From contig OX638154.1 of assembly GCA_951804945.1 (NCBI GenBank), forward strand, positions 71,734,001 through 71,798,000: a stretch of 64,000 nucleotides of DNA, in the 5' to 3' direction. Shown here piece by piece: positions 37,748 through 50,942 of this stretch (position 1 is its first letter; each line of letters begins with the position of its first letter). The notes under the pieces are model-generated. The model made no database searches and was not told the DNA's origin. It saw only the letters and a program-made list of their open reading frames with translations. The translations under genes and the position numbers were made by a program. This DNA is from Podarcis cretensis. Lineage: Eukaryota.

Positions 37748-37823
37748 CAAGAGTAATTTCATACTAGCAGAAATACCTGGCATTACAAGAGTAATTTCAT
37801 ACTAGGAGAAATACCTGGCATCA
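37748..37823. repeat. 38-bp tandem duplication
   Basis: caagagtaatttcatactag(c/g)agaaatacctggcat(t/c)a x2. Confidence 0.9.
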
Positions 37824-40163
37824 TTTGAATTTTTTATTTTATTTAAAAAAATAATCAGTGCAGTTTTAAAATCACTAGTTAAAATCAGCACACTTTTGAA
37901 AGGTTCAGTCTGCCATCTTGCTTGAAAATGGCGTCCAAAGATACAAAAATAAATAAATAAATGCTCCTTTAACTCAGGAACCAGCCAGAATGCAAAATCT
38001 GGTTGTGGTATCTTGAGTTGTGTCCAAATGCCAAGCGAACAGAAGAAGACAAACAACTTTCCGAGATAGATAGTGAGATCTCAGACACTTTGTATAGTTT
38101 GCTTTGTAGATCATGTAACCGTATTCATTTCAGGCCCCAACATTTTGCTTTGAGAAACTAAAGTCAAGCAGTCAAGTTAAAACAAACTGCACCCCCAACA
38201 CAAAATTCTGCAACCATACAAGCTTTAAAACTACTCCCTCCCCTTTTTAGGAATACCCCAAATGGCAACTAATATATTTGTTTTGTGCTACCAAGTATCT
38301 GGGCTCAGAAATCCAAATACCTAACTTTATAAACTCTTAAAATGGCAGCTCAGTTGTTTTAATTGGGGGGTGGGGCGAAAGCAGTGGTGCACGGGACCTT
38401 TTTTGTATTGTTCGTAACTCATGGCCCAACTAGGTAAGCACAGCCTGCTCTTCAATAAATAGCACCATTTAATGTAGAATGAAAACAAAGAGAACTGAAA
38501 ATAGGAAGCCGAGATACCAGTTTAAGTATCTGCCAAATAAAGGCCTTGCTAATCCTCGAACCATGACAGAAATACCACTGCTGAGTGTTCCTTAACAAAG
38601 CAAGACTTGTTGCAAGTCTCAGTGTTGCTTACCACAGATCCTGCCCTATGACCCAACTGTAATGTGAACTGTGTTAATTGAAGACTTTGTTAAGAGCAAA
38701 AATCCTTAAGAGTAAAGTGAGGGATTCTATTCTCACTCTTTGTTTGGGGAAGGGGGGCGCGCTGCTGAAAAAGCCCTAAAGACTACATAATTTTGATGTC
38801 AAGGAATATTGGAACCAGCCAGAATGTAAAGGCTAATTGTTTAATCACAACATGACACTAAACAGCTCTTTATGAATTCCACAGCTCCTAAGAGGCCCAT
38901 CTGACGCAAGAGTCTTCAAACCTTACTAGTAAGTGAGGAGGGTTTGATGGTTACTTTGCAAGCCAAAGGGATGCATTTCACACAATTATTTCAAGTCTAG
39001 GTAGGCCTAAATTTACAACCTCGGCAAGCAGTGGAACCAAATAGACAGAAACTGGTCTTTGTAAATCATGGTTTGGGAATATAGTGAAACAGGGTGGGGT
39101 GGGGATATCAAATTCTGTCACCAGAATGGTTAAAAAAAATGTTTTGCAGACAGCTCATATGCAACTGATAGGAAAGGAATCTGTCCTGTATTTTAAACAC
39201 ATTCAGTTACAGAGGCACCACTTGCAATGTCTATTCATAGCATCAGCATTGAGCTATGCAACAGAGTAACCTGGCATTTCCTTCTCAAAACACTTTCTCC
39301 TGCTTAATTCCTGGACAGAATAACTTGTGAGCCCTCTGACCCACATCCCCTTTCCAAATCCTTTCACTAGCTGAGCTCTGTAAGAGACGGCAGTTATTTT
39401 TATGGAGTTGCCTCTCCTGACAGCTGCGTTTTTCTTGATACACCACTGTCCACACAGAACTAATTTAGGCAGCAAGCAGAAAACACATAGCTCCCCCAAT
39501 CCACCTCATTAATTTCCCATTTTTCTGACCCACTGAACTGTTAAGTGTATGACATGCTTTACTCCAAGATGAGAATTCACATGGCTGGAAGCAGAAATGA
39601 TGTGGCAATGTCAGAAACCAACCAGGATCCAAATCCAGCAGAACACATTATTCTAAATCACATGTGCATTTAATTGCTTGCCAGCCAGAGGAGCATTCCT
39701 CAGTTGAGGTTTAATAATTAAATGCACATTCCTTGACCAACTGGAGTTTTCAAAGTAAAACAGTGCCTTTTAGAGTCTTAGGGACACCCCACAGTTAATT
39801 AAAAAGTGGGAATGGGGGGAGCAGCATCAAATACGAATCAGCTTTTAAAAGAACTACGATTTATGCTGAGGTTTCAACAAAATACTTTTAACAAGAACAA
39901 TGTGTTTTATCATGCACATGTACACATCAGCCTCAAAATAATAAATGTTAAGAACTAAAACCGTCCTCAAACCCAGCAGTGAAATTGCACCCATTTCACT
40001 GATACACCGTCTGCACCATCCACATTAGTAAATACATATCTTCTAAAAACAGAATTTGGTATTTGGAGTTAGCACCCAAATAGTCATACCCTTCAAAGCT
40101 GTAGGACAAGTTTCTAGCCCTCACAGTTGCAAATGCCTACAAAGTGCCTGCTGAAAGTTAATA

Positions 40164-40405
40164 CAGTGGTACCTTGGGTTAAGAACTTAATTCGTTCTGG
40201 AGGTCCGTTCTTAACCTGAAACTGTTCTTAACCTGAAGCACCACTTTAGCTAATGGGGCCTCCCGCTGCCGCTATGCCACTGCTACATAATTTCTGTTCT
40301 CATCCTGAAGCAAAGTTCTTAACCCAAGGTAATATTTCTGGGTTAGCGGAGTCTGTAACCTGAAGCGTATGTAACCTGAAGTGTATGTAACCCGAGGTAC
40401 CACTG
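40164..40405. mobile_element. Tigger/pogo-like MITE
   Basis: CAGTGGTACCT(T/C)GGGTTA TIRs, TA duplications. Confidence 0.88.
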
Positions 40406-41548
40406 TAACTCCATGGAGAGTTGAATTCTCCTGACCTTTGAAGGAGTCACAAGATGAGCTTTAATGAAAAGCATGAGCCTCTGTTGCGTTTCCCTGGTTA
40501 CCACTACCTTTCTAACACAATGAACACCTCCCATTTCTATGTCTCTCCTTCCCTTTCTCTTTACCACAGTGGTCTACAACTTCTGGTTGGCCAAACCTTC
40601 TGCCAACCCTCCCACCAGCGTCAGCAGGGAGAGTATGCTGCTGGCAAAAGCACTACAAGGTTGACTTTGTGCCCAAGTGCTTCTCCCCTGTGCAGGACAG
40701 CCTCAACCCAACTCTGCAGTTTTGACGCTGGGAGGAATCTGGTTCCTCGCCAGAGGGCAGTGCCGCCCTTGCCGTGGCAAAGCAAAAACGGCTGAAACCT
40801 GCTTCGTTGTATCTGATCTTGTCCGAAAACAAACAAACCTTTCAAAAACCCGAGTCCACCAGCACTCTTCTTCTGAGAAGGGGATTCTGATTTTGCTTAA
40901 GAAGCATCCGGTTTGGATTTCTGTTACAGATGGCCATTATTGCTCTCATCTATTGAAACAAATAGCACGGCCTTATCTGAAGCGTTGCAGGGCTTACGAG
41001 TTAAAACACATGCTGGCAAGCAGCACTGTGCGTACTGTCAGGCTGGCGGCCTGGCTAGCCCACAGTGCTGTCTGCTTTGGCTGGCAACACTCTGTAAGGT
41101 CTCAGGGAGCATATTTCCCCAGCCCTGCTCCTTTTAACTGGAGATGCCAGGTACCCCGAACCTGTGGACATCTCCATTCAGACAGCATTGTCTTTACCCA
41201 TTGAGTTATTATTTCTCTTTGTTTCTGCTGAGCTCCCAGGTAATTTCAACAGGTGCTGCTGAGGCTCATTTAGGCTTTTGACTAACGACGAGAGCTAAAA
41301 AAATGTCCTGTTTTGTTGTTTTTTTAAGTGAAAGCTCAGATTCTTATGAACCCAATAACAACACACACATCTTACCACCCTTGCACTGGGCTTTAAAGAT
41401 TAACCATTCAGCAGTCACACACTCAACTTGATCCAGGCATTATTGGAATTTGTCATTAGCTGGGGAACAGTTTTTTGTTTGTTTTTTTAAGGGCTACCAC
41501 CAAAATGAAAGATACAGGCACTGCAATGTTTGCTGGAGAGTTGAAGTA

Positions 41549-41761
41549 CAATAGTACCTTAGTTCTTGAACAGAATAACCATTTGAAAACCAAGGCATGG
41601 CTTCTGATTAGCTGCAGGAGCGTCCTGCTGCCAATCGGAATCCACGGCAGATGTTCGGCTTCTGAAAATGGTTCAAAACTGGAACACTCACTTCCAGGAT
41701 TCGATCGTTTGGGAGCCGATTTGTTCGGGAGCCAAGGCATTTGAGATCTAAAGTATGACTG
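41549..41761 (+). mobile_element. Degraded Tigger-like MITE
   Basis: Degenerate CAGT.GTACCT ends flanked by TA; related reverse fragment at 43397-43556. Confidence 0.65.
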
Positions 41762-43002
41762 TAACTGGAATTTTCACCAATGCTCAAAAACAAAACCACA
41801 TTTAAATGTAATATATAATCATGCTATGGATGCTAGCCTAGGTGGCTATTTTAAAAGAAGCATTATACCAGGGGTGGGGAACCTGTGGATCCCACCCCAG
41901 ATGTTGTTGGACTACAACTTCCATCATCTCCGACCACTGTTCATGCGTTCCACGTTTTAGACAGATTAATGCAGAATAGGTCTATGAGCAGCTGTTTGCC
42001 ATGATTGCTAAACGAAACCTCCACGTTACAAGGTAGTGTACCTCTATATACTAGATACTGGGGAAACACAACAGGCAAGACCTACTGATTTCTTGCCCTC
42101 CTTGCAAGCTTCCGAGACCTCTCTGCCTTACTTATGTTGGGAAACAGAATGCTAGACTAGATGGGACTATTGACCTGAGTCTTCTATGTTCTCATTACTG
42201 CACAGTGCTACAAAGCCTAGCCTGTGCACACAAATGAAAGCAGAGCAGCCGCAGCAGCTCAAATCAAGAGAGACAAGATTGAAAGAGACATTCTATTCTC
42301 AAAACGGCTGTAATTCAGATGGCGTTGCTTGAAACTGTCCATCCCACAGGAAATTCCACACTTGAGGCTCGCTGTCATCCAAGATGGAAAAGGAGCACAA
42401 AGAGGAATTTTCCATAAAAAGGAATCCATGAGCATTTTTATTCAGCTGAGGGGAAAGCTTAATCAGAGATTTCAAGAGATGAATCAAGACAGTCCAAGCA
42501 AGGTATTCCGATTCATCTACACCAGAGAAGACACTCAGAATTGCTATATTTTATTTCAGCAATTTTTGCTGAACTAATAATGGACAGGTGCAGCACTGCC
42601 TAGACTCAGAATACAATTTAGTCAAACAGGCCCTAGTAGACACACACTTTGAACCTTGTGGGGCTAACAATTGGAGGTTGAACTGAAGTAGCAAGATGAT
42701 GTGTGAGGAAAGGGTTAAGGGCTCATTCTCTCCCCCTCACGTCTCTGACCTAAATTCCCCTCCAGTTTGCTCTTTTAGACAAGACTGTTAACAGGCACCA
42801 GCATGCAATGTGCAGTTAATACCCCCCAAGATAAGCAATTTCGATGTCATAAAAGTTGTCCTTGTTGCTAAATCCTAAAGCAGCTCTAAAATCTCCAGTA
42901 TTCCCATGGCTTTGTGACCCCTGAAAACTACCTGGGGAGGACAATTCCAGCAGCAAAATAAGTCAAAATATATAAAATTTGTTCCACCCTAAGCCAAACT
43001 TG

Positions 43003-43350
43003 GGTGGCGCTGTGGGTTAAACCACAGAGCCTAGGGCTTGCCGATCAGAAGGTCGGCGGTTCGGATCCCCGAGATGGGGTGAGCTCCTGTTGCTCGATCC
43101 CTGCTCCTGCCAACCTAGCAGTTCGAAAGCACGTCAAAGTACAAGTAGATAAATAGGTACTGCTCCAGCAGGAAGGTAAACTGTGTTTCCGTGCGCTGCT
43201 CTGGTTCGCCAGAAGCGGCTTAGTCATGCTGGCCACATGACCTGGAATCTGTACGCTGGCTCCCTCGGCCAATAAAGCGAGATGAGTGCCGCAACCCCAG
43301 AGTCGGTCACGACTGGACCTAATGGTCAGGGGTCCCTTTACCTTTACCTT
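43003..43350 (+). mobile_element. Sauria-type SINE with 13-bp TSD
   Basis: TAAGCCAAACTTG at 42990-43002 and 43351-43363; (ACCTTT)n tail. Confidence 0.93.
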
Positions 43351-43396
43351 TAAGCCAAACTTGCAGGACAATCTGAGCAATTCTCTGTTTGATACT

Positions 43397-43556
43397 ACAT
43401 TTTTGGAAGCCGAACATCCGACACAGCTTCCGCGGCTTCCGATTGAGCGCAGAAAGCACCTGCAGCCAATCAGAAGCCACGCTTTGGTTTCCGAATGGTT
43501 CTGGGACTTGAACAAACTTCCGGAACGGATTAAGTTTGACAACCAAGGTACCACTG
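43397..43556 (-). mobile_element. Tigger-like MITE fragment
   Basis: Ends ccaaggtaccactg|ta; similar to the 41549 copy. Confidence 0.65.
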
Positions 43557-43679
43557 TAATGATATCTATGGCTCCAATTGTAGACTACCAAAATGAAAAT
43601 AATTTTCACATTGACATTGACAGACATTTTAAGCATATTCTTCCTTTAAAAAAATATCAAGGTTTTAAATTTTCTTTAC

Positions 43680-43806
43680 CTGTTATCACATTTATATCTG
43701 GGTACTGGGTTTCACAGAGGGTAACTGCTTTGCTATCCTTCTCAAATGCCTCGCGAAGCTCTTTCTTGACGGCTGCTGAGCCACATAAACGGTACAGGCC
43801 TACAAC
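43680..43806 (-). CDS. SYDE2: SYDE2 coding exon 4 [42 protein letters not shown]
   Basis: tag acceptor, gtaaag donor; 127 nt; RhoGAP arginine finger. Confidence 0.96.
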
Positions 43807-44980
43807 CTAGAAGCAAAATCATAACCTTACAACATGGCACAGGTTTGCCACCTAAGGAATACTAAGGTTGTAAGTTAAATACCAAGCACAAACACAGTTT
43901 TCAGTAAGCCCAGTAGAAGCATCAAGATATTCATGCAAGACCCCAAAGGTGCTGAGAGACATGCAGATTGTATCATTGGCACGCAGTACTAGTTTTTCGC
44001 CAAAAAAAGACATAACGGTTATCAATATTCTATGGAGTACTCTGCCAGAGATATAACGAAATAAATTAATATTGTTGGCATCCATCTGTCTCGGGAGACA
44101 ATGGAGGAGTGTGCCTTGGGGGTGGAGTCAAACTGTTGGAAGCCTGGAAATTACTATCAGGTGATAAAATAAGTTGAAACTGAGAATTACAAAGGACATC
44201 AGTTTGCTTCTTTGGAGGCAATGAATGCTTTCTACATAGAGAGATAGTCAGCCAGTAGGCAAAATCGTCTTTAGGCTATATGTAGCAAAGTTGTTTAGAA
44301 AATTGCCCCAAAGGCTCCTTTATTAGGAACCCATAAAAGGCTTAATAAATAAGCCACAGGGAGAGAAATCTCTCTCTCTCTCCACTCTTGGAAATTCAAT
44401 AATCCCATTATGACCAGAGGACGCAATAACCTCTGATAGGAATTACATGCTCTCAGCTTATCATGTGATGACTCTAATTCCCATAAAAGCAATAAAACAT
44501 TTAAACTTGACCTGTGAGGAATCTATCCATCAAAACTGCTTACTACAACTTCATCGTCCACACTGGGACAGTAAAAACTAGCTGTTTTGTTTGTTCAGTT
44601 TTGTTCAGAATAGCACAAAAAAAACCCCCAATTAATTTCACTACCTCCATATTCCAGGTTTGGAAGTTCCTGAGGCCAGGGGAAACTTAGACCCACAATA
44701 GATTTGTTGGCGTTCCAGAAGGCACAGACTGCTTTTATCCCTCCACTTCTTGTATCATACAAACACATCATGTCTCCATGACTGAAAAGAGCAGGAGAGA
44801 GCAGCTTTCATCCCACTGCGATGCAGGTGTACTACCCCAAACTAAAGAAGTGAAGGATATGGTGCATCCAACAAAGGCAACATTATTTATAGCAAAAGTA
44901 AATAAATAAGGGTAATGCTCTAAGCAGCAAAAATTAAATGCAGAAGAATGCAGTGGTTGTTATTTTTTAATTAACTCTAC

Positions 44981-46080
44981 CTGGCAGCCTCTTTTTTCAA
45001 TCTCTATAATGCACTTCTTCATCAACAGGGGCACCATCAAGCCTACGTTTTCCTTCTCCACAACCTTCCGAGCATCTACTCCAAACATTACCGGTTCTCT
45101 TTCTCCATCTAGTCCATTGAGAGAATTCTCCCACTGCTCCAGGAGGGTCAGCTTGACATAAATAATACCTCGGGGCTCCAGCTTTACTGCCAACTGATGA
45201 GTCTTCGTCACCCGGAAAAGAGCAGGGAGGACCACCGTCCCATGGCAGCAGACCCGGTTTTTCCTCGGTGTGGGCTCCCAACTGAAGACCACCAATTTCA
45301 AATGCTGGGCGTTCTCTATTTCTATGTTGAAAGTGTGATCCATGTCCAAAAAGGTCGTCCTGCACGTCAGCAAGGCAGTCCTCGCTTTGTTTACCGAATC
45401 TACCTGAATGGCGCAGAAGACGTCTCTGGAGTCCATCCTTGGCGGTTTCAGGTCCTCCGCGCCATAGAAATGGATGCTCATGAGTCCAGATATGTACTGG
45501 GAACATTTAGGTTGGTCGGAGAAACTGTAGTGCCTGAAAGCGTCAATGTCTATTTCCGCCTTACTACCGTTGCTGCTTGGGAATGCTTCCTTTCCTCCTT
45601 TCCCAGCCCGGCTTTCGAGGCCGTGCTTCCCTGATTTTGTTATAAGCTCAGGAGAGTCTCCATCGCTGAGGTAGCCCCCTTTGCTGAAGGATTTCGAATT
45701 GCCACTGCTTTTCTTTTTGTAGTTGTGCTGAGAGGACACGCTGCTGTCAAGATGGTACCGGCTTATGACGTTCCTGCTAGCTGCTGCCGTGATGTTCCCG
45801 GAAGAAGGCAGCGACCCGTGACCTATGACCTGGCAGTTGTTCTTAAGCAACGAAGAATTGTCCGTGCTACTATGGCTTGAATTTCCCTTGACACTCAGCT
45901 TCCTGCTCAGCTCTGGCAATTTTTTCATTTTCATGGAAAGTTTCCTCACCGTTCTCGGGGATTTAATTTTGTCAGGGAAGGACCAGTTTATCGAACCACC
46001 TTTCTTCAAAGGGTTCGGACTCGGAGGAGAACCTTCTGCCGCTCCCATCTCGGACTTGCTTGCAGACAAGATCCCAGGAC
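44981..46080 (-). CDS. SYDE2: SYDE2 coding exon 3 (C2 domain and start of RhoGAP)
   Basis: aag acceptor, gtagag donor; 1100 nt; [27 protein letters not shown]...EIEKRGCQ. Confidence 0.97.
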
Positions 46081-48986
46081 CTTTGCAGGGGTGGGGAAAA
46101 GAGGAAAGGGACATATTAAAAATGAAGGGAAAGGATACTTTAATTTAAGAAGCTACTAATTTGCCAGGACCTGAAAAAGATATGTGTGGTATTATTCAGG
46201 ACAACGCAGAGCATCAGATGCACCTACAACATGCTCTGACCTATGGACTGTACTTTTCTGCCTTGTTCTGCCAAAAGCAGAACCACACAAGGAACCTGCC
46301 CCATCCTTCCCTTAAGAATCTGCCTCAGAACAATTAACCGATCCCTGCCCGGTTATGTACTGTTTTGTCTCTCTGCATTGCCTTCTCAGACTTGTTAATT
46401 TAGCTTCTTTCAGAAGAAGAGACTCCTGGATGCAACTGCTCTGTGCAAGCAAGTCATTTGAAAAAAAGACTCCTGTGCCTTGTCTGCAGGTCAAGCCACT
46501 GGAAAAGAATGGAAAATTAAAGGGGACCCAACTTTGCTCTAGAACTTGCATCTTTTTAACAGCTGCATTCTGTTTCAGTGTAATTTGCCCCCTCTTGTCA
46601 AACAACCATGTCCCCCTCTGCTTCTGATGGGCAGGGTGGAGATGGAATGCTTTTGAAAGTCTTTTAACAGTTCTAACTTGCCTTGCTTCTTCAAGCCCTA
46701 AAGTGTTCTCTTCCTTTCTTGCACAATGCCCCTTTCTGTGTGTCATGGAAAGCTGCTGGCTCCCAGGTGATAGTCACCTAGGAATTAAGAAAGCATCCAG
46801 TGGATTCAACAAAGGATTACCAGCTTGCGTGCTGATCCAGGATGACTGTTCTTTTTTTTTAAAAAAAAAAAATTATCATAGCCAGGAGAAGAAAAACTGA
46901 GCATTAATCAGGAGCCCTGCATCCTGTGGTTGCATGAGGGCATCATAACAAATTAAGCTTTATTACGGTAAGCCTAGGTGAGTCTTGAGGAGGAGATCGG
47001 AAGCTCTGGCTTCTGTTTTGACTAACTACAGGGTTTGGAGAAATGTGACCTCTAAACCGTGGTTAATCTTAACTATGGTTTGCTGAAATAGGCCAGCTTC
47101 CTAACACCTAATTTCTCCAGTAAAATTATTTTTATCTGCCTTGGCTTTTCCAGATGACCTGTTTATTGAGGGTTCATCCTGATTTGTTTGCAGAAAGATT
47201 ACCGGTAAATGATCAGCATTTAGATTTTTTCCCAAGGAGCCTGGAAAACGTTGCAATGAAGCAAAAATTATACCACACTTTCCATTGCATTTTCGTTCAC
47301 TTTCCATATCAGAAAGAGTCCTACCTTTTAAGGAAGCAGTTTCGTTGCACAAGAAGCTTCCAAATCAGCTTTGATTTCACAAGCTGAATTTGCCAGTATA
47401 TGACTGAATCCAATCAGAAAATAGCAAAGAACCTGCAAGTACTCTTATTTACTATTGTACTTCACTATGCTCATGTTTAGCAGTCTGTAAGTTTTCCAAA
47501 CAAATAAGATAAACCATGCATGTTTTTTGTTGGGTTCTGACAAAACAAGCTGTAGTTAATGAAAAACAAAAGCACCTGCTCTCCTTGTGAGTTACAGTTT
47601 AGTGCAAAGTCTCAATTGGCAAAGCATGGTTTGAGAACAGCCAGCAAACTAGAATCCGAAACTATAGAATATGTTTCAGCTAACCGTTGTGCTGCGAAAT
47701 TTTTGAACTGACCATAGTTGTTATGCTATCTCTGGAAGCTCTTGCACCAAGAAACAAGATTGCTGACGAGATGAAAAGTAAAAGCAGGCATGTATCTCTA
47801 AAAAAGTTGGCCCATATGCTGGGAACTCAAACAACAATCTGGAATCTAAACTATGGTTAGTGCGAACCACTCTCTCTAAACTGAGAGAGAAAAACAGTGG
47901 CTTTATTTCGATTTTCTCTCTTTGGATTTACAGAGCTATATCAAAAACGTAATTCACATTTTCATAATTCACAACAACTGGCGAATTCACAGAACTGGTC
48001 ATAATTCATAGGACCTGGTCAGGTGATATTCTAGAATACTGTATATTACTGTCTTTCTGACAGTTTCTCTTTAGCAGTATCTGCTAAACCACTTCCTAAT
48101 TTTTGTTATCAAAGCAGACTCTACTGAGGCTGCGACTTCACAAGAAGCTGTTAACAAGACAGTTGCTCCACTACAAAGTTATTTCATCTGGATATTTTGG
48201 ACCAGCAGCTATTGAGTGTACATGTGATTACGTTACAAAGAACCCTTCCACCACCACTGCCCCAATCCAAAAATCCCATACACCTAAGAAGCCAGCATAC
48301 TTCCAAAACTAACAAAATTCTCTCATGAGCCTTTCATAGACCAATAGGTTAACAAATGCCTATTTATCTAATTTTAGCAATGACCATATTTTGGACAGAA
48401 TAAGAATTGAAGATTCAATAACATTAGCATTGCCCAAAAAACTACTCTCATGCCAAGAGAGACTCAGGTGAAATATTATTCAGTTTATCCCTTTACTTAT
48501 GATGTATAGCGGCTGCTCACTGCAAGACACATGCAAAGGTCATTAGAAAGCAGTTAGGTTAGGATTCATAACAAGAAGAGTTTCCTTAGTTTCCTAGTCT
48601 ACGCAAAAGGGACCAGACTGAACCTCTAGGCCATCACTTCCTAACCTACAATGAGAAGAGGGACTGAGGAAGTACTTCCATCAGTCACAGCAGCAAAAAG
48701 TTCAAATAGTCACACTGCATTCTCACTTCCGGTGATAAAAATTCCTGCTTGAAGGAAAAATAAAATGAATGTTTAAACAACACTATAATACAAAATGATT
48801 TCCTCCCTCCCTTTTTTATTAAAAAAAAAATACGCACCAAGTATTTCTACTGGTAACTATGTACTACACATCTTTAATGCACTTTGCTTAGAAATACCAA
48901 ACCTGTTGCCTACTCACACAGGACAAAGCAGGCATGATTCTTCAATACCCATGCCACGTTTCAAGTTAGAAAACGAAACTCAACAA

Positions 48987-49179
48987 CAGTTACAGATAGG
49001 TAGCCGTGTTGGTCTGCCATAGTCAAAACAAAAAAAATTCCTTCCAGTAGCACCTTAAAGACCAACTAAGTTAGTTCTTGGTATGAGCTTTCGTGTGCAC
49101 GGGTATCTGAAGAAGTGTGCATGCACACGAAAGCTCATACCAAGAACTAACTTAGTTGGTCTTTAAGGTGCTACTGGAA
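48987..49179. mobile_element. Penelope-derived mini-insertion with inverted pseudo-LTR arrangement
   Basis: 12-bp TSD GAAACTCAACAA (48975-48986, 49180-49191); perfect 59-bp inverted repeat; near-identical to 57028-57160. Confidence 0.85.
49102..49141 (+). ncRNA. Minimal type-I hammerhead ribozyme motif (PLE-associated)
   Basis: Stem I GGUAU/AUACC; CUGAAGA; extra A; stem II GUGUG-CAUG-CACAC; GAAA; palindromic AGCU stem III; UC cleavage site. Confidence 0.7.
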
Positions 49180-49499
49180 GAAACTCAACAAGTTAAAGTT
49201 CATCAAAATCCTTCAGGAAGCTGAATAATTCTCTTCCCAGATACGAATTCACAAGGAGCTTCATTTTTTAAAAAAAGACCAAAAAAAAAAAAAAGTTAAA
49301 AGAATACAATGCTGCACAAAGTCTGTTTTCCAAACGCCTCAATGAATCTTCTTGTTTCTCCCAGTTGCTACGCTTCTGTTGAAGCTGTTTCCTTGCAGGG
49401 AACAGACTATTTCTAGCACGCCTGCTGTGCTTTTCTGGCAAGCAGCTCGCAAGAAATGCGGTGTTTGATAAAACCGGACAAAGGCTTCCCTTAAGGGAT

Positions 49500-49577
49500 G
49501 GCATCCAATTTCGTTGCACTTGTGCAATGTTGCACTTGTGTAATGACAATAAAGAATTTATCTTTATCTTTATCTTG
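49500..49577 (+). mobile_element. Possible Rex1/Babar-like LINE 3' end
   Basis: aatttcgttgcacttgtg..aatgacaataaag followed by (TTTATC)n tail. Confidence 0.5.
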
Positions 49578-50043
49578 TACTGCAAATCGCAGCGTAGACC
49601 CACTGGTGGCCTGCTCTGGAGCCTTCTATAGTAATCAGTGCCATGCTTTTGCCTGCTAACATCAATCTTCCCTTTCTGTCAGAAGCCTCTGGCAAAGGCT
49701 TAGGAAAGCCAGCCAAGATATTAGAAAACTTTCCTCGGCTTCATTACAGCTGAGAAGTCAATCTTAACGTTCTTGACGTTTTCCCGTCTAACTTCTGGTG
49801 GCTTCAGTCCTTTTCTCTCCCCTCACCCAAATTTGTTAGTGTGACAAATGACACTGAATGGGCAGCAATGGAATTCTTCCTGGCAGCGTGGCATCCGTTT
49901 ATTACACATGTAGATGCCAGAGAAATCTCTGTTGCTAAGCTGTCTAAGTTGGTTATACCTTTTCCATATGGTATCCGTGAGGAGGGTTCAGGCCTTCTCA
50001 TGGCCCTACATGCATGTTCAAGCTATTTTTAAAATAAACACTA

Positions 50044-50518
50044 CCGTATTTTTCACTCTGGGACGCAGGTGGCGCTGTGGGTTAAAGCCTCAGCGCCTAG
50101 GGCTTGCCGATCGAAAGGTCGGCGGTTCGAATCCCTGCGGCGGGGTGCGCTCCCGCTGCTCGGTCCCAGCGCCTGCCAACCTAGCAGTTCGAAAGCACCT
50201 CCGGGTGCAAGTAGATAAATAGGGACCGCTTACCAGCGGGAAGGTAAACGGCGTTTCCGTGTGCGGCTCTGGCTCTGGCTCTGGCTCTGGCCAGAGCAGC
50301 GATGTCACGCTGGCCACGTGACCCGGAAGTGTCTCCGGACAGCGCTGGCCCCTGGCCTCTTAAGTGAGATGGGCGCACAACCCCAGAGTCTGCGCTTCGG
50401 GGGCTTCGTGTTGCTATCGCTGAAGCCAAAGAGCCTGCATTCAATCCATAGGACACACACACATTTCCCCTTAATTTTTGGAGGTGAAAAAGTGCATCCT
50501 ATAGAGCGAAAAATACGG
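50044..50518 (-). mobile_element. Tc2/pogo-like MITE interrupted by a Sauria SINE
   Basis: TA|CCGTATTTTTC ... GAAAAATACGG|TA ends enclosing a SINE at 50060-50390. Confidence 0.85.
50060..50390 (+). mobile_element. Sauria-type SINE, 3'-truncated
   Basis: Intact 5' end gggacgcaggtggcgctgtggg; stops at ccccagagtc; (GGCTCT)4 expansion. Confidence 0.9.
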
Positions 50519-50743
50519 TATATCTATTGTTACAGGCACTGGGTGCCCAGCATGCGTGTATGACATCACATGGCGGGAGGAGACCGCAAGGCCCGCCGCA
50601 GCCACAGGGATGCTCTGCAGAGCCTATTGCAGGCTGTGGAATATTGAGGTGCCCCAGCCCACTCCTTGAAAATTGAAAGGGTGCCCTCAGCCTCTCTCAA
50701 GATGGCGTCCCTGTCTATCTTACTGCGCACACAGGGTCTAGAG

Positions 50744-50942
50744 CAGAGCTTTCCAATCTTTTCATGTTGGTGACACACTTTTTAGACATGCATCATTTCA
50801 TGACACAATAATTCAGTTCTACTAGCAAACACAGAGGTTAAATGTATCCCTTTCCAACCCTGGGAGGAGCAAGGGGAACGTTTGTGTGACACACTGCAGC
50901 TGACAGATTAACGTGTCGCGCCACACAGTTTGGAAAGCTCCA
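50744..50942. mobile_element. hAT-Charlie-like MITE
   Basis: 8-bp TSD GTCTAGAG; TIR CAGAGCTTTCCAA; partial second copy near 17596-17697. Confidence 0.88.

Noticed and set aside
43045-43810. ORFs of 105-174 aa (also 15439-15903, 50090-50563, 51732-52025)
   Set aside because: Sauria SINE and MITE read-throughs, or antisense of SYDE2 exon 4.
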